From the NCBI GenBank assembly GCA_963733195.1, contig CAVTCR010000062.1, positions 192,001 to 256,000 of the forward strand: 64,000 nt of DNA, given 5' to 3'. Under the pieces are notes generated by a model, which saw only the letters and a list, made by a program, of their open reading frames with translations, was not told where the DNA came from and did no database searches. The position numbers were made by a program, and so were the translations under genes. Positions 1-10,825 of this stretch are shown here, one piece after another. The number at the start of each line of letters is the position of its first letter. Position 1 is the first letter of the stretch. Source of the DNA: an uncultured delta proteobacterium (GTDB lineage: Bacteria; Desulfobacterota; Binatia; Bin18).

Positions 1-372
1 CTTGTTGAAGTCGAAGTTCACCCCACGCAAAATGATCCTCTTCGGCGCAGGTGGTGGTGGTGGTGGCGGTGGCGGCGGTGGCGGCGGTGGCGGTGTTGGC
101 GCTGGTGGCGGTGGTGGTGGCGGTTCTTCTCTCGCTAACAAGCAACCCGCAACGCCACCGACAACAGCGCCAATCCCGGCGCCCAGCATGGCGTTGTCAC
201 TATGTTCATTGCTATTCCCACCAGTTGCGTAACCAATCCCTGCACCAATACCAGCGCCGATCACGGATCCGGCTATACAGTAAGTCAGTCGCCTGTTGGC
301 CGTACACCCTGCTGTAAAAGATAAGAGCGTAAGACCCCACAGGATCCAAAATTTTACTCCTCTACCTTGCAT
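1..372 (-). CDS. OmpA-family lipoprotein with glycine zipper and proline-rich linker (runs off window start)
   Basis: Manual translation from ATG 372: MQGRGVKFWILWGLTLLSFTAGC (lipobox-like), GAGIGAGIG...GAGIGAVVGGVAG, poly-Pro, then IILRGVNFDFNK typical of the OmpA C-domain start; AGGAG RBS upstream. Not in ORF track. Confidence 0.85.
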   Translation of the reverse strand, partial: MQGRGVKFWILWGLTLLSFTAGCTANRRLTYCIAGSVIGAGIGAGIGYATGGNSNEHSDNAMLGAGIGAVVGGVAGCLLAREEPPPPPPPAPTPPPPPPPPPPPPPPPAPKRIILRGVNFDFNK

Positions 373-426
373 GTCTCGACTCCTTTCTTCCCAAAAATTT
401 CTGCCCCACTGCAAGTTATCAGAGAA

Positions 427-496
427 AGAATACAGATGCTACTGGTTCAAGGCTACGCGAACGGTTCAGGTTATCGTTCAGATTTCGGTTCAGATT
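427..496 (-). promoter_or_regulatory. TGAAC-repeat promoter cassette copy 1 (upstream of OmpA gene)
   Basis: GTTCA on + at 445, 464, 476, 488; TATTCT on - at 432-427. Confidence 0.8.
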
Positions 497-560
497 GTAG
501 GTTTTGGCACTGAATGAGTGCCCCGCAGGTTGTTCGGGTCAAACTAAAAGATTCTCGTGA

Positions 561-1727
561 TCAGTCGAGCTGAGCCTGCACCCCCTTCTCGCGAAGACGG
601 TGCCGAAGCTGAGCCAAGTCCTTGCGATACCTGTCTTCCAGGGGAGACTGTTGCGTCTGTGAGGGTTCTTCAGTATGGTGTCGTTGCCAGCGGCAAAACG
701 CCAATTCCGTCGCGGTGTGGTGCATTTGTCTCAGCACGAGCCAGGAGCGGAAGCCATGGTTCCTCAGCGCCCGCCATTCAGCTGTCAGGCGACTGCGGAT
801 GGAAGACAGGCGAGCATACTCCTCTGACGTGAGGGAACCGAGCTGTACCTCGTCGCGCAACCCTGCAGTGACCACATTCGCCTCGCGGCGTAATGCGAGG
901 ACGGTGATGACGAGCAGCGTAAGGCCGCCGGGACCGATGAACATTGCGACGATGAGAGGAATAGTCACAAAGAGTCCAATCTCATCCGGAGCCGGCTGGC
1001 ACGGCCCTCCTGAAATCTCCTGGTTGCAGAGCACTCCCATAATCATCTGGGAGGCAATAGCATTCCAGGCAATATGCTGCAAGATCGCACCGACCAAGCC
1101 GATCACTGGTGCGAGGAGCCGCATCTTTGCAGAAAGGGCTTCGCGAGCGTATCCGAACCCTGCCCCAGCAGCTGCGGTGAAGGCAGCATGGTTGAATCCG
1201 CCAAGGAAGGATCGCAGATAGATACTCTGCACGAGCCCGGACATTCCGCCCTGTACCGCAGCCAGCGTGAAGTAGCCGAGGTTTTCGGTCATGGCAAATC
1301 CCGTACCCACCAACGCCCCATAGACGATGCCATCAATGACATTGTCGAACTCTTCGTGCCAGAAGAGGAGAAGGATGAACAGAGCTATTGCCTTCGATAT
1401 TTCCTCGATGATGGGTGCAACAAGGACTGGCGTGAGAAGATGAGCCCTATCCGCACCTACAATGTCGATTACCCAGATATGAAAGAAATCGTTGACTGTG
1501 GAGGAGAGGAACGCGGCGATCACCGCGCCCCAGAAGAAGGCCACGAGCAGCAAGCGACCTGGCTCTCGTTCGTAGCGGTCGATAAGAACGAGCAATCCTG
1601 AATAGCAGACCGCGGGGACAAGAGCGGTGAGGAGGATGATCAGAGGCGTCCCCGTTATAAGCCGGACGAACCAGACGACGGGAATGAGAGCCAGAGCAAA
1701 AATACCAATGACGAACCCTCTTCTCAT
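561..1727 (-). CDS. PrsW-family intramembrane metalloprotease
   Basis: DRYEREP, APIIEEISK, GFAMTENLGY, HAAFT, HIAWN motifs; multiple TM helices. Confidence 0.9.
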   Translation of the reverse strand: MRRGFVIGIFALALIPVVWFVRLITGTPLIILLTALVPAVCYSGLLVLIDRYEREPGRLLLVAFFWGAVIAAFLSSTVNDFFHIWVIDIVGADRAHLLTPVLVAPIIEEISKAIALFILLLFWHEEFDNVIDGIVYGALVGTGFAMTENLGYFTLAAVQGGMSGLVQSIYLRSFLGGFNHAAFTAAAGAGFGYAREALSAKMRLLAPVIGLVGAILQHIAWNAIASQMIMGVLCNQEISGGPCQPAPDEIGLFVTIPLIVAMFIGPGGLTLLVITVLALRREANVVTAGLRDEVQLGSLTSEEYARLSSIRSRLTAEWRALRNHGFRSWLVLRQMHHTATELAFCRWQRHHTEEPSQTQQSPLEDRYRKDLAQLRHRLREKGVQAQLD

Positions 1728-1884
1728 GCAAGAGCTGTAGCATTACCTGGCTAGCACTGCCCGGCTAGGCACCTAGCACGATGAGGGTATCGCTGTCGCC
1801 CGCGCAGCGCAGATATAGGAGGGAACCCATATCCGCGTCAAACCGCGACGCCATGATCCATAGCCAGCAGCAAATTTGCGTGCC

Positions 1885-2160
1885 TTAGAGCGTTCTGCGT
1901 CTGAAGAGATTCACGACTGCCAGGAGAATTACCGCTCCGACGAGCGAGATCAGCAACGCCGGAAAACTAAAGTTGCCCTGATTCAGGGTCCCGATGCCGA
2001 ACAGGGGGGAGAGCAACACCCCACCGAGAAAAGCCCCCACGATACCGACGACGATATTTAGCAAGACCCCTTGTTGCGCGTTGGTCCCCATGATCATACT
2101 TGCGATCCAGCCGATCAATCCGCCCACGATGAGCCAGACGATGAGACTTGTGAGATCCAT
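1885..2160 (-). CDS. GlsB/YeaQ/YmgE stress-response (transglycosylase-associated) membrane protein
   Basis: IVWLIVGGLIGWIAS...NIVVGIVGAFLGG...SLVGAVILL pattern. Confidence 0.9.
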   Translation of the reverse strand: MDLTSLIVWLIVGGLIGWIASMIMGTNAQQGVLLNIVVGIVGAFLGGVLLSPLFGIGTLNQGNFSFPALLISLVGAVILLAVVNLFRRRTL

Positions 2161-2258
2161 AAGATACCTCCTTCTATAAATTCTGTGACCGCAGGAAGGA
2201 ATCGGGCCCGCCGAGCGTATCCGATTCTCTTCTCTTGGTTGAATGGGGTGAACCAGCC

Positions 2259-2510
2259 TTACGAGTCCAACGGGATGCGGATCTTTTGTCCGGGGAAGAT
2301 CCGGTCTACATCCTTGATCACTTCCCGGTTTGCCTCGAAGATTCTCGGATACTTGTTGGCATCGCCATAGTACTGCTTGGCAATCTTAGAGAGTGTGTCC
2401 CCCTTTCGGATGAGGTAGTACTCAACCTTTTCCTGCTCCGGCGGATGCTGCAGGCTGGCGACATCGATTTGGCCTACCCCTGGATGTTCCCTGCCATCAG
2501 CACGGCCTTC
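2259..2510 (-). pseudogene. BON-LysM (Kbp/YgaU-like) remnant; most of BON domain missing
   Basis: Manual translation: KAVLMAGNIQG (BON end), frameshift, then [50 protein letters not shown] (LysM). Confidence 0.75.
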
Positions 2511-2603
2511 TGCCTCCTCCTTACAGATACGAAAAAGTCTTGCAGAACGTTCCCTGGCTCAAATTGGCGAATGAGGGCTTCCCATGTCCGTTACCTGGCA
2601 GAG

Positions 2604-2673
2604 AGCATACTACTGGTTACAGTTCAAAGATAGGTGGACGGTTCAGGTTAGCGTTCAGATTTCGGTTCAGATT
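2604..2673 (-). promoter_or_regulatory. TGAAC-repeat promoter cassette copy 2 (upstream of BON-LysM/GlsB/PrsW)
   Basis: GTTCA at 2622, 2641, 2653, 2665; TATGCT on - at 2609-2604. Confidence 0.8.
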
Positions 2674-2926
2674 GGGGACGTCGGATATGCTCAGAACGAT
2701 GCGTGGCGGGACTATAGCTTGTAAATCCGAGCATTATCGGAACAACCGTGCCGATCTGTTTGCGTCGCGTGAGACGAGTGCACTGAGCGATCCGACTGTG
2801 TGTAGAAGCAGCTGGGGAGTGTCGGGACGGATCTCATACGGGACGTAAAGTGACACAAAAGGGCAGTTCCAGGATTTGAGCGTGGCCGCTTGTGAATCAC
2901 TGTGATTCTCTCTCCTGGGCTCACTG

Positions 2927-4876
2927 TTAGGTCCCCTCCTGTAGGCGCGACTCGGCTGTCAGGTGCAGGAACAAGATGCGGCGCACTTCGTTGATGGTGT
3001 GCGGGTTGGCCTGACACGAGTGTCCGGAGCGGACTACCAATTCGGAATCCACATCGTCGAGATGGGCGCTCGAGTACTCCACGATGCCGTCGTTGCCGTT
3101 TTCCACCGGGCCGTTGCCTTCCACAGCAATGATCGAATGTGTGGCGACACCTGGGGTCACTGAGATCGATGCGAGGGTGCGGATGAAGCGCGTCCCTGGC
3201 GTCATGTTGTGGACGGCAGTCGGTATAACCCCCATGGCCGTGAACGCTAGCGCTTCCTTGTTCCGTAGCACCAAGTCGTTGACGCCGTGCACGACGTCGA
3301 GGGGGGCAGTGATAAAGCGAGCAGCCCAGTGACTGAGACGGCTCCCAGCGAAGTAACTCCCACGCTGCGGTGTGGCGATGAATATCAGACGCCGGACGAA
3401 AGGAAGCGGGTGCACGAATGACAAGCGGCGGAGGAGGTCCCGACTCGCCTCCGTCAGGGCGAGTTTCTCCAGCGGCGTTTTGCTGAAGTGGTCCCAGAAA
3501 TGGGTGCCGCTGTCGATGGCGGCCAGCTTGGCCAGCAGCCCGCCTTGGCTGTGCCCGATCACCACCATTTTGCGCAGCGCCGGGTCTTGATGCTCGGGGT
3601 CGAGCCGTTCGAGCGCGGCACTGAGGGATTCGCGTAGCAGCATCGCCGAGTAGAGGACCGGGTTCCCGGTGTTGTAACTGAACAGCCAAAACTGGAAGTG
3701 CTCGCTGATCCGCGGGTCGTTATCGATCTCGTTTACCATCTCAGCCCAGCGGCCCGCGCTCGACCCCGTCCCGTGGACCAGGACGACCGGCATGCGACCC
3801 GGCTTATACGGGCTGAGTGCTGCCAGGCGGCTCTTCTCGTCGATCACCCCAGCACCCTGCAAGAAGCCCTTCAACTCTTGCTGCCAGACCGGGGCTTCAG
3901 CCAGCGTATAGGCCAGCGCCGCCGTCGATTCGACCTCAAGCGGAACGATTCTATCGTCGATCGTGACTGAGCTAGGACCGTACGAGGTATCAAGCTGCAG
4001 GGACGCACGTACACGACCTACCGCCAACTGCTTCCTGGGGTCAGCGATACGCAGGAGTGCGGTCACTGGGACCTTCGCCCAGGGCTGGACGAAGTCCTGA
4101 AAGCCCGCTTTGGGATCAAGCGGGACCGTCCCGGCAGCCAGGGGCGCACCAACACCCGGCCAGCGATAGCGGGTTATCAGCCCAGTCACTTGCAGTTCCG
4201 CCACCGGCACGAAATCAGTGAGCTGGCGGCTCCCCCAGCGCAGGCTCGCCGGGTCGAACTCTACGTCGAGCGCCCCGAAGGGCAGAGCGAACGTTCCCCC
4301 GCGCAGCTCGACTACAGCACCATCTTGCGATTTGAACCCCTCGGTGATCCCCCGGTTGTAGAGGTCAGCGGCTAGCCGCAGCCGCGGGTCGAAGGGGTCC
4401 GGCAAACGGTGGCCCTCACCCGGAAAAAGGAACGTATAGGCGTACACCACGGCTGCCAGGTAGTAAGGGCGTTTCCCGGTGTTTTCAGCGTAGAAGAAGG
4501 AGAGTTCTGCGAGCGCGCAGATATCGTCTCTCCCACCCCGGTCGGCGGCGACCTCGGCGTGGAGGTCAGCCAGCGTCGCCTCGGGCGTATCCTCAAAGCG
4601 TGCGAAAAGATCTCGCCGATAGAGTACGTTCTGGGTTGGATTACTCAGCGTATTAGCCGAGAGGATGCTGGCGGTCAGCGTGTGGTGCACGGCGCGCGGG
4701 TCGATCCGTTTCACCCCGACCGGGGTCGAGCAGGCGCTCGCAATCAGGAAAAGGCAGATGAACAACACCAGGCGGTGGTAGCGACTGTACGCCTCAGCTT
4801 TCGTTGTTTCTAGAGAACACGACAAGGGCGTGCCGCGCCAACTGGATGTTCTCAAGTCACTCCGTTGGTGTACCAT
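2927..4876 (-). CDS. Alpha/beta-hydrolase (esterase/lipase family) lipoprotein
   Basis: Lipobox IASAC, VVLVHG, GHSQGG nucleophile, NDGIV, SGHS; paralog of 23305-25272; true start may be downstream. Confidence 0.85.
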   Translation of the reverse strand: MVHQRSDLRTSSWRGTPLSCSLETTKAEAYSRYHRLVLFICLFLIASACSTPVGVKRIDPRAVHHTLTASILSANTLSNPTQNVLYRRDLFARFEDTPEATLADLHAEVAADRGGRDDICALAELSFFYAENTGKRPYYLAAVVYAYTFLFPGEGHRLPDPFDPRLRLAADLYNRGITEGFKSQDGAVVELRGGTFALPFGALDVEFDPASLRWGSRQLTDFVPVAELQVTGLITRYRWPGVGAPLAAGTVPLDPKAGFQDFVQPWAKVPVTALLRIADPRKQLAVGRVRASLQLDTSYGPSSVTIDDRIVPLEVESTAALAYTLAEAPVWQQELKGFLQGAGVIDEKSRLAALSPYKPGRMPVVLVHGTGSSAGRWAEMVNEIDNDPRISEHFQFWLFSYNTGNPVLYSAMLLRESLSAALERLDPEHQDPALRKMVVIGHSQGGLLAKLAAIDSGTHFWDHFSKTPLEKLALTEASRDLLRRLSFVHPLPFVRRLIFIATPQRGSYFAGSRLSHWAARFITAPLDVVHGVNDLVLRNKEALAFTAMGVIPTAVHNMTPGTRFIRTLASISVTPGVATHSIIAVEGNGPVENGNDGIVEYSSAHLDDVDSELVVRSGHSCQANPHTINEVRRILFLHLTAESRLQEGT

Positions 4877-5058
4877 GGAGATCTTCTCCGACTATCCAGA
4901 GCTGAAAGAAGTCGTTGACGTGAATGATGACCCGTCTCTCCATCCAAGAGAATGGAGACAAAGGAGGGAGATACGGTGAGGAGCAAAAAGCTGGGGCGAG
5001 GCAAGGTAAACACAACTGCGAGTTGTTTCAGAGGTGGTCTTAAAAGTCAGGGAAGTTA

Positions 5059-5170
5059 GTCATTGCGATTGGAACGAAGCACTCATTGCCCGCAAAAGAG
5101 ATTGCTTCGTCGCGAAGCCTGTCCTGAGCGATAGCGCAGCGAAATCGAAAGGGCTCCTCGCAATGACAGC
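5059..5170. repeat. Palindromic REP-like element (GTCATTGCG...CGCAATGAC family) with nested insert
   Basis: Terminal inverted repeat GTCATTGCG/CGCAATGAC; related copy at 17156-17385. Confidence 0.6.
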
Positions 5171-5222
5171 TCCCACCCATGTTTACGAAACGCTCTAGCC
5201 ATGTGTTAGCGTCGCCTGTCAG

Positions 5223-5699
5223 TTACCCTTTCACCTCGAACTCCTTTGTCCCGGTCGAGCGTCCGTTTAAGGAAACCTCCACTTTATAAGTTCCAGCGGG
5301 CCAGCCATCTGGCTTTGAGATATGGAACTCCGTTGCCGCAGGGCCAGTCGGCGCAATGGTCTGAGTGGACTCATTCACCACCTGCCCGTCTTGGTAGGTC
5401 CACTTCGCTGTCAGCGTAGCGCTCGGGGCTGAGCCGTTAGTGACAACTGTCGCGTAAATCGTATCTTTGGGTGCAAATGAAGTTATCTGTTGCTTCACCC
5501 GTTTGTCGGCCCCGATTTGATTCCCGAGTTCAACTGTGGTGACTGTCACAGCAGGTGCAGCGGGCGGAGGAGTCATGGGTGCAGCCGGCGGAGGGGCAGT
5601 GGCTCGCGGAGCCGGTGGCGGCTCAGACTTCCCACAAGCTGCAAAAATCAAGGCTAAGCATAATCCTAACAAGAAAACTGTCTGTCTTGAGTAGCGCAT
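5223..5699 (-). CDS. Hypothetical lipoprotein (Pro-rich linker, beta-rich domain)
   Basis: Signal peptide/lipobox FAAC, RBS GGAGG. Confidence 0.75.
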   Translation of the reverse strand: MRYSRQTVFLLGLCLALIFAACGKSEPPPAPRATAPPPAAPMTPPPAAPAVTVTTVELGNQIGADKRVKQQITSFAPKDTIYATVVTNGSAPSATLTAKWTYQDGQVVNESTQTIAPTGPAATEFHISKPDGWPAGTYKVEVSLNGRSTGTKEFEVKG

Positions 5700-5721
5700 C
5701 GCTCACCTCCCCTTTTTTGTC

Positions 5722-5988
5722 TTACGCCTCTGGAATTTTGAGTACCTGTCCCGGACGGATCACATCCGGATTCTTGAGGATGTCGGTATTCGCTTCATAG
5801 ATCTTCCGCCACTTGTTCGCGTTGCCGTACAGACTCTTGGCGATCTTCGACAGAGTGTCTCCTTTGGCGACCGTATATGTGCGGGCCGCACTCTTTGCCG
5901 GGGCGGGGCTCGGTGCAGGGCTCGGCGCGGTGGACGAGCCTCCACTCTGCACATTGGAAAAATCTGGTTTGGGTTTATTGTCCGCCAT
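5722..5988 (-). CDS. LysM peptidoglycan-binding protein
   Basis: [30 protein letters not shown]...[10 protein letters not shown]. Confidence 0.9.
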   Translation of the reverse strand: MADNKPKPDFSNVQSGGSSTAPSPAPSPAPAKSAARTYTVAKGDTLSKIAKSLYGNANKWRKIYEANTDILKNPDVIRPGQVLKIPEA

Positions 5989-6131
5989 AGGATTCCTCCT
6001 TTCTCACAGTTATTGAACAAACATTTCCACGAGCAGCCAGCCGTTCTCTCTTACCTGTCCGGGCTCTTTACACGACCGTCGCCCTCAGGTGTTCTTATAT
6101 ACCTTCCTGTCCTACATTCAACAGTGTTGCC

Positions 6132-7091
6132 TTAGCTCTTCACCCGCACGATACAGCGGAACCCGAGGTGACACGTCGAGGTGTCGATCGGCTGGGACAT
6201 GCGCGCCGCCGGTCGGTACCTCTGACAGTAGTTCGGCGCACACAGGTATGAGCCCCCCTTCATCACCTTGCGTGGGATCCGAATGTCGGGCATCCGCGGA
6301 TCATAGCTCTGCTCCCGCTCCCCGCCCGTGGGGTTGATACTTCCGCAACACGAGTGCGAGATCTGGCTGTGCTCTTGGTACCAGTCTGTGGTCCACTCCC
6401 ACACGTTGCCCGCCATGTCATACAGCCCGTAGCCGTTGGGCGGGAACGAGCCCACCGGCGCCGTCCACTCGTATCCGTCGGTCAGCAGGTTCTGGACAGG
6501 GAACTCGCCCTGCCAGGTGTTGGCCATTGACTTCCCACTGGGAGTGAACTCATTCCCCCAGACGAACTCCGCACCGTCCAGCCCTCCACGTGCGGCGCAC
6601 TCCCACTCAGCCTCGGTCGGCAACTCTTTCCCCGCCCACTTTGCGTAGGCTTCCACGTCCTCGTACGCAACATGCACGACAGGGTGATTGGCACGGCCTT
6701 TTAATGTACTGACCGGTCCTTGCGGGTGGCGCCAGTTGGCGCCGGCCACGTACGTCCACCAGGTGTAGGGGTTGCGCAGGTCGACGGACTGACGAGGTTT
6801 TTGGAACACGACCGAGGAGGGCACGAGCATCTCAGGCTTGGCGCCCGGATAGTCCGCCGCGTTCGGCACACGCTCGGCGAGCGTCACATGACCAGTCGCC
6901 TGGACGAAACGGCGGAACTGGTCGTTGGTCACCGTGTACTTGTCCATCCAGAAGCCACCGACAGTTACTGTATGTGCAGGTGCCTCCTCTGGATAATGGT
7001 GATCAGAGCCCATCAGGAAGGTGCCACCGGGAATCCACACCATACCTTCAAACGGCGGCTTACCGAGATCAATTGCCGCTTCCGTTGCCAT
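6132..7091 (-). CDS. Formylglycine-generating enzyme family protein (SUMF1/FGE-sulfatase)
   Basis: LPTEAEWE, GLYDMAGNVWEW, KGGSYLCAPNYCQRYRPAAR, HLGFRC. Confidence 0.92.
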   Translation of the reverse strand: MATEAAIDLGKPPFEGMVWIPGGTFLMGSDHHYPEEAPAHTVTVGGFWMDKYTVTNDQFRRFVQATGHVTLAERVPNAADYPGAKPEMLVPSSVVFQKPRQSVDLRNPYTWWTYVAGANWRHPQGPVSTLKGRANHPVVHVAYEDVEAYAKWAGKELPTEAEWECAARGGLDGAEFVWGNEFTPSGKSMANTWQGEFPVQNLLTDGYEWTAPVGSFPPNGYGLYDMAGNVWEWTTDWYQEHSQISHSCCGSINPTGGEREQSYDPRMPDIRIPRKVMKGGSYLCAPNYCQRYRPAARMSQPIDTSTCHLGFRCIVRVKS

Positions 7092-7132
7092 AATTGCTAC
7101 CTCCTATCCAACTGCGATGTCTCGCGCACGGG

Positions 7133-7954
7133 TCATTTCTTCGGGAAGAGGAATGTCACGACTACCCGAACGCCCCACTCCGGCCCGCCATCCGGGACTT
7201 CAGGGTAGTACCTGCCCCCCATGCCCAATTGCACCGGCTGTGTCCCCACCCGCAGCACTTGGCTCACGATCCCGTTGACCGGCACCGTCCCCTGCTCGTG
7301 CCGCCAGTCGTACGTCGTCTCAGTGTTGGCAGTCAACGAGAGCCCCTTCTTAAATGTGTACGACAGAAACGGCTGCATGAACGTCGAGTTCACGTTCTCC
7401 CTGCGACTGGTGCCGGCGAGCGACCAGATGTGGTTGGCGAGGATGCCATACGTCCACGGGCCGGACTGCTTCAGCAAGACCGCTGTCGGCCCCAGCCCAA
7501 ACTTCTCGGCCCCCAACAGTTCATCGGTCGCTGTGGGCAGGAAGAAGGCCGGACCGATACCCCAAATGACTCCGCCCGGGCCGGGTGCCTTGGGGGAGAA
7601 GAACTGGCTCGCGAGGATGTCACCTAGGCCGAGCTGGTTGCCCGAGCCGGGAAAGATCTCATCCTGCTGGATGACCGGGACGATGGTGCGAGTGATGAGG
7701 TTCCAGTCGGCGTTGAGCGTGAACGGGATCACCGGCTGTACGTTGAGGGTGTAGCGGAACCCGTCACCACGGTGGCCGAGGTGGGCGTCGTAGTTGTTCT
7801 GAAGCGGCACGCTGATGAGGCTGGCCACTGGGTTCTGTAGCTGTTTGGCCAGGTCTTCCTCACTATGCTGTGCATGCGCCTGACCGCTGAACAGAAAACT
7901 TCCTACGGTCGCACCCAGCAACGTCACAACCAGTCCCGTAATGTAGTCACGCAT
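7133..7954 (-). CDS. Outer-membrane beta-barrel / transporter ('neuromedin U'-like annotation family)
   Basis: Signal peptide, LAKQLQNPVASLISVP, LNVQPVIPF, GLGDI, C-terminal VTFLFPK. Confidence 0.75.
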   Translation of the reverse strand: MRDYITGLVVTLLGATVGSFLFSGQAHAQHSEEDLAKQLQNPVASLISVPLQNNYDAHLGHRGDGFRYTLNVQPVIPFTLNADWNLITRTIVPVIQQDEIFPGSGNQLGLGDILASQFFSPKAPGPGGVIWGIGPAFFLPTATDELLGAEKFGLGPTAVLLKQSGPWTYGILANHIWSLAGTSRRENVNSTFMQPFLSYTFKKGLSLTANTETTYDWRHEQGTVPVNGIVSQVLRVGTQPVQLGMGGRYYPEVPDGGPEWGVRVVVTFLFPKK

Positions 7955-8136
7955 GTAGTCACTCCTTGATTTCTTCCGTCTATCAAAAACTACTCAACCA
8001 GCGCGGCGAAGTCCGGCCTCCCAACCGCTGCTGCGAAGGTCGGGAGGCAAGTACTTCCGAATAATATCCATGATGTCAGGACACATTCACTCAGGGGCGA
8101 GTAGCTACGAGTGCAAACTCGTGCGAGTCTTGGATT

Positions 8137-9022
8137 ATGATACCCCAAGACTCTTGGACTACTCGCCTCAAGGACTATATCGTGAAAGTACTCCCTTGGG
8201 CACATGGGCATCAACGCAAAGGGATTACGACCTTTGTGAACGCAATCATTGAGAAAACAAACCCGGCAACCAAGCCGAGCTAGCACGCAGCTTGGGCAAT
8301 CAAGAGGCGGCGCTCAAACGCCTGTCGCGCTTGCTGCATAACGAGCGGCTGGCTCCCCAGCGCCTGGCGGATGCGGTGTTGGCGCAGGCGCTGCGACAGT
8401 TGCCGCCACAGGGAAAATTGCGCTTGGCCGTGGACTGGACGAATGAAGGGACGCAGCATTTGCTGGTGGTCTCACTGGTTACTGGGGGCCGCGCAGATGC
8501 CGCTCTATTGGCGCGCCTACGAACGCCATGGTCTTGAAAGGGCGCATGCGTGGCTATGAGACAGCGGTCATCCGCCGCGCAATCACGTGGATGCAACGGG
8601 CAATTGGACGACCGCCGCTTGATCGTGACGGCCGACCGGGGCTTTGCCGATGTGGCGCTGGTAGACGTACTGAAGGAGCTGGGCGTAGAGTTCATTATTC
8701 GGGTCAAAGGGCGCACCAAAGTCTCTTGTCAGGAGCACTGGTGCAACCTCCACACCCTGCGCTTTGTGGGCAATGCGCGCCAGCGCAACCTGGGACGCCT
8801 GGCCTATTGTGAGAGTGCCCCGCATCGCTTGTGGCTGACGATAGAGTCGTACGCGAGACCGCTATGGGCAGTGGGACACGTGGTACTTGATTGCCAATCG
8901 CTGCCGCCGGGCCCAAGCCACGGCCGCAGAGTATGCGCGTCGGTTTGGCTGTGAGGAAGGGTTTCGCGATGCCAAATGGGAACTGGGCTTTGTACAAGCG
9001 CGGATCACGCAGATCCAAGCGT
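8137..9022 (+). mobile_element. IS4-superfamily DDE transposase, frameshifted and 3'-truncated
   Basis: MIPQDSWTTRLK...KRLSRLLHN, LAVDWT, IVTADRGF, FIIRVK, EEGFRDAK motifs spread over several frames. Confidence 0.8.
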
Positions 9023-9503
9023 GGTTTTCGCGGAAGTGAGGGAATTGCTCCTTCTTCGGATAGTTGTACATCTCTGGCTCTTCCTCGGCATGGAGGTGGT
9101 AGAGGTTGCGAAGAACTCGTCGAAGCCGTGATTGGTGGGCAACATGTGGTTTAGGTCGCCGAGGTGGTTCTTGCCGAACTGCCCGGTGGCGTAGCCCTGC
9201 TCTTTGAGCAGCGCCGCGATGGTGACGATCTTCTCCGACATGCCGACCGGGGCGGCGGGATACCGACCTTGGACAGCCCGGTGCGATAGACGCTCTGCCC
9301 AGTGATGAAGGACGAGCGCCCGGCGGTGCAGGACTGCTCACCGTAGCTGTCGGTGAAGCAACATGCCTTCCTTGGCGATGCTGTGCGATGTTCGGCGTTC
9401 GATACCTGATCAACCCGTGCGAGTAGCAGCTCAGATTCGATTGACCGATGTCATCGCCCCAGATAACGAGGATGTTCGGCTTCTTTTGCGTTTGCTCTGT
9501 CAT
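9022..9503 (-). pseudogene. Arylsulfatase N-terminal fragment, truncated at IS junction
   Basis: KKPNILVIWGDDIG, EQSCTAGR (CxxxR formylglycine motif), TGQFGKNHLGD, NLYHLHAEEEPE across frames; ends abruptly. Confidence 0.85.
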
Positions 9504-9800
9504 TGTATTTCCTCCTAAAAATGTGTTCATTTGATTGACCAAGGAGAGGGGAAGGATCGACGTGTGTGAATCCCCCGTGGTCTGGATGATATCCCTTGAA
9601 CGAGGTCATGATGCTGTGAGATAGGTCGGGTGGCGGATCTCGGTTAGACATTTTGGCACTCTACTCCCGCAGTAAAATACTCGCCTGAACTCCGAATCGT
9701 ATGAGATGTGCGGCATCCATCTCTCAGGCTTCTTTATGCCACAATGCAGCGGAAGCCGACGTGCGTGACGCTCTCAATTGCCATGCTCAAGTTGAGGAGT

Positions 9801-9870
9801 ATAATACGTTTGGATATGGTTCGGGGGTAGAGCAATAGTTGAGGGTATCGTTCAGATTTCGGTTCAGATT
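9801..9870 (-). promoter_or_regulatory. TGAAC-repeat promoter cassette copy 3 (upstream of sulfatase operon, divergent from EAL gene)
   Basis: GTTCG 9819, GTTGA 9838, GTTCA 9850, 9862; TATTAT on - at 9806-9801. Confidence 0.8.
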
Positions 9871-9988
9871 AGACAGGAGTATTACGACGACTTGTGTATA
9901 CTGGTAACAAAAGATAAAGAGCAGAAGGAAGGAGAGGCTGGAAGCTGGAGACCAGCCGCGCTTCCTCTCAAGTTTCAGGAGAGGCGAC

Positions 9989-10741
9989 ATGATCGAGCTT
10001 AAGGCGATCCAAGAAGGGTTGGCCAAGGGTGAATTCTTTCTCGAGTACCAACCCATCTGCTCCCTCAAGAGCAACCACTGTGTCGGGGCGGAAGCTCTGA
10101 GCCGTTGGCGGCGTGGTCCCACTGTGCTTCCCCCTGGTGAGTTCATCCCCTGCATCGAAAACACCCCCCTGTCCGGGCTGCTGACTTACTGGGTCATCGA
10201 GACAGTGGGACGGGAGCTGGGGAACTGGCTCCGCGCCCATGCTGGCGTTCACGTCAGCATCAACGTACCCCCGGAAATACTGGGACGTGGGGGATTGGCC
10301 TACGCGGCGACCAAGGCGGGTTTGATGGACGTAGCGCACAAGATCGTCCTTGAAGTCACTGAGAGGGGGGTGCCCGACAAGCTGGGGATCCAGGCGCTTA
10401 ACTTCGCCGGACGCTATGGGACACAGGTCGCATTAGACGACTTTGGCTTAGAGGACGAGAACCTCGCGGTTCTCTCCCGCGCCCACATAGACATCATCAA
10501 GGTCGACAAGCTCCTGGTAGATCAACTCGGCGATGAGCCCGGGCTGCCGCCATGGCTAGAGGCGCTGTCGGCCTTATTGCGAGTGACGCCGCTCCAGGTC
10601 ATCGTCGAGGGGGTGGAGAGGGAGGTACAGGTCGAAAAGCTCAAGGAAGCCGGGATTGAGTTGGCCCAGGGGCTGTATTTCTCACCTCCGTTAGCGATCA
10701 AGGCCTTTGAGACGTTTGCTCGCAACCGGCAGCAACATTGA
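9989..10741 (+). CDS. Stand-alone EAL-domain protein (c-di-GMP phosphodiesterase-like)
   Basis: YQPI, GAEALSRW, SINV, LEVTE, ALDDFG, IKVDK, EGVE, QG motifs. Confidence 0.9.
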   Translation: MIELKAIQEGLAKGEFFLEYQPICSLKSNHCVGAEALSRWRRGPTVLPPGEFIPCIENTPLSGLLTYWVIETVGRELGNWLRAHAGVHVSINVPPEILGRGGLAYAATKAGLMDVAHKIVLEVTERGVPDKLGIQALNFAGRYGTQVALDDFGLEDENLAVLSRAHIDIIKVDKLLVDQLGDEPGLPPWLEALSALLRVTPLQVIVEGVEREVQVEKLKEAGIELAQGLYFSPPLAIKAFETFARNRQQH

Positions 10742-10825
10742 GGCGCGCATCATTCATCCTTCCTTACTTCTCACATGCGTTGGACAGGATAATTTTCTCG
10801 AAGGCAGTCTGCATGGTCCCCACCC

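Noticed and set aside
2-317. Poly-Gly / poly-Val ORFs on the + strand
   Set aside because: Antisense shadows of the Pro-rich linker of the minus-strand OmpA gene.
2712-3689. 325-aa Arg-rich ORF (similarly 25416-26438 and many other short ORF-track entries)
   Set aside because: Alternative-frame or antisense shadows of recognisable genes in GC-rich DNA; no motifs.
8862-9542. 226-aa ORF as a complete protein
   Set aside because: Sulfatase start shifts out of frame and then runs into antisense transposase sequence.
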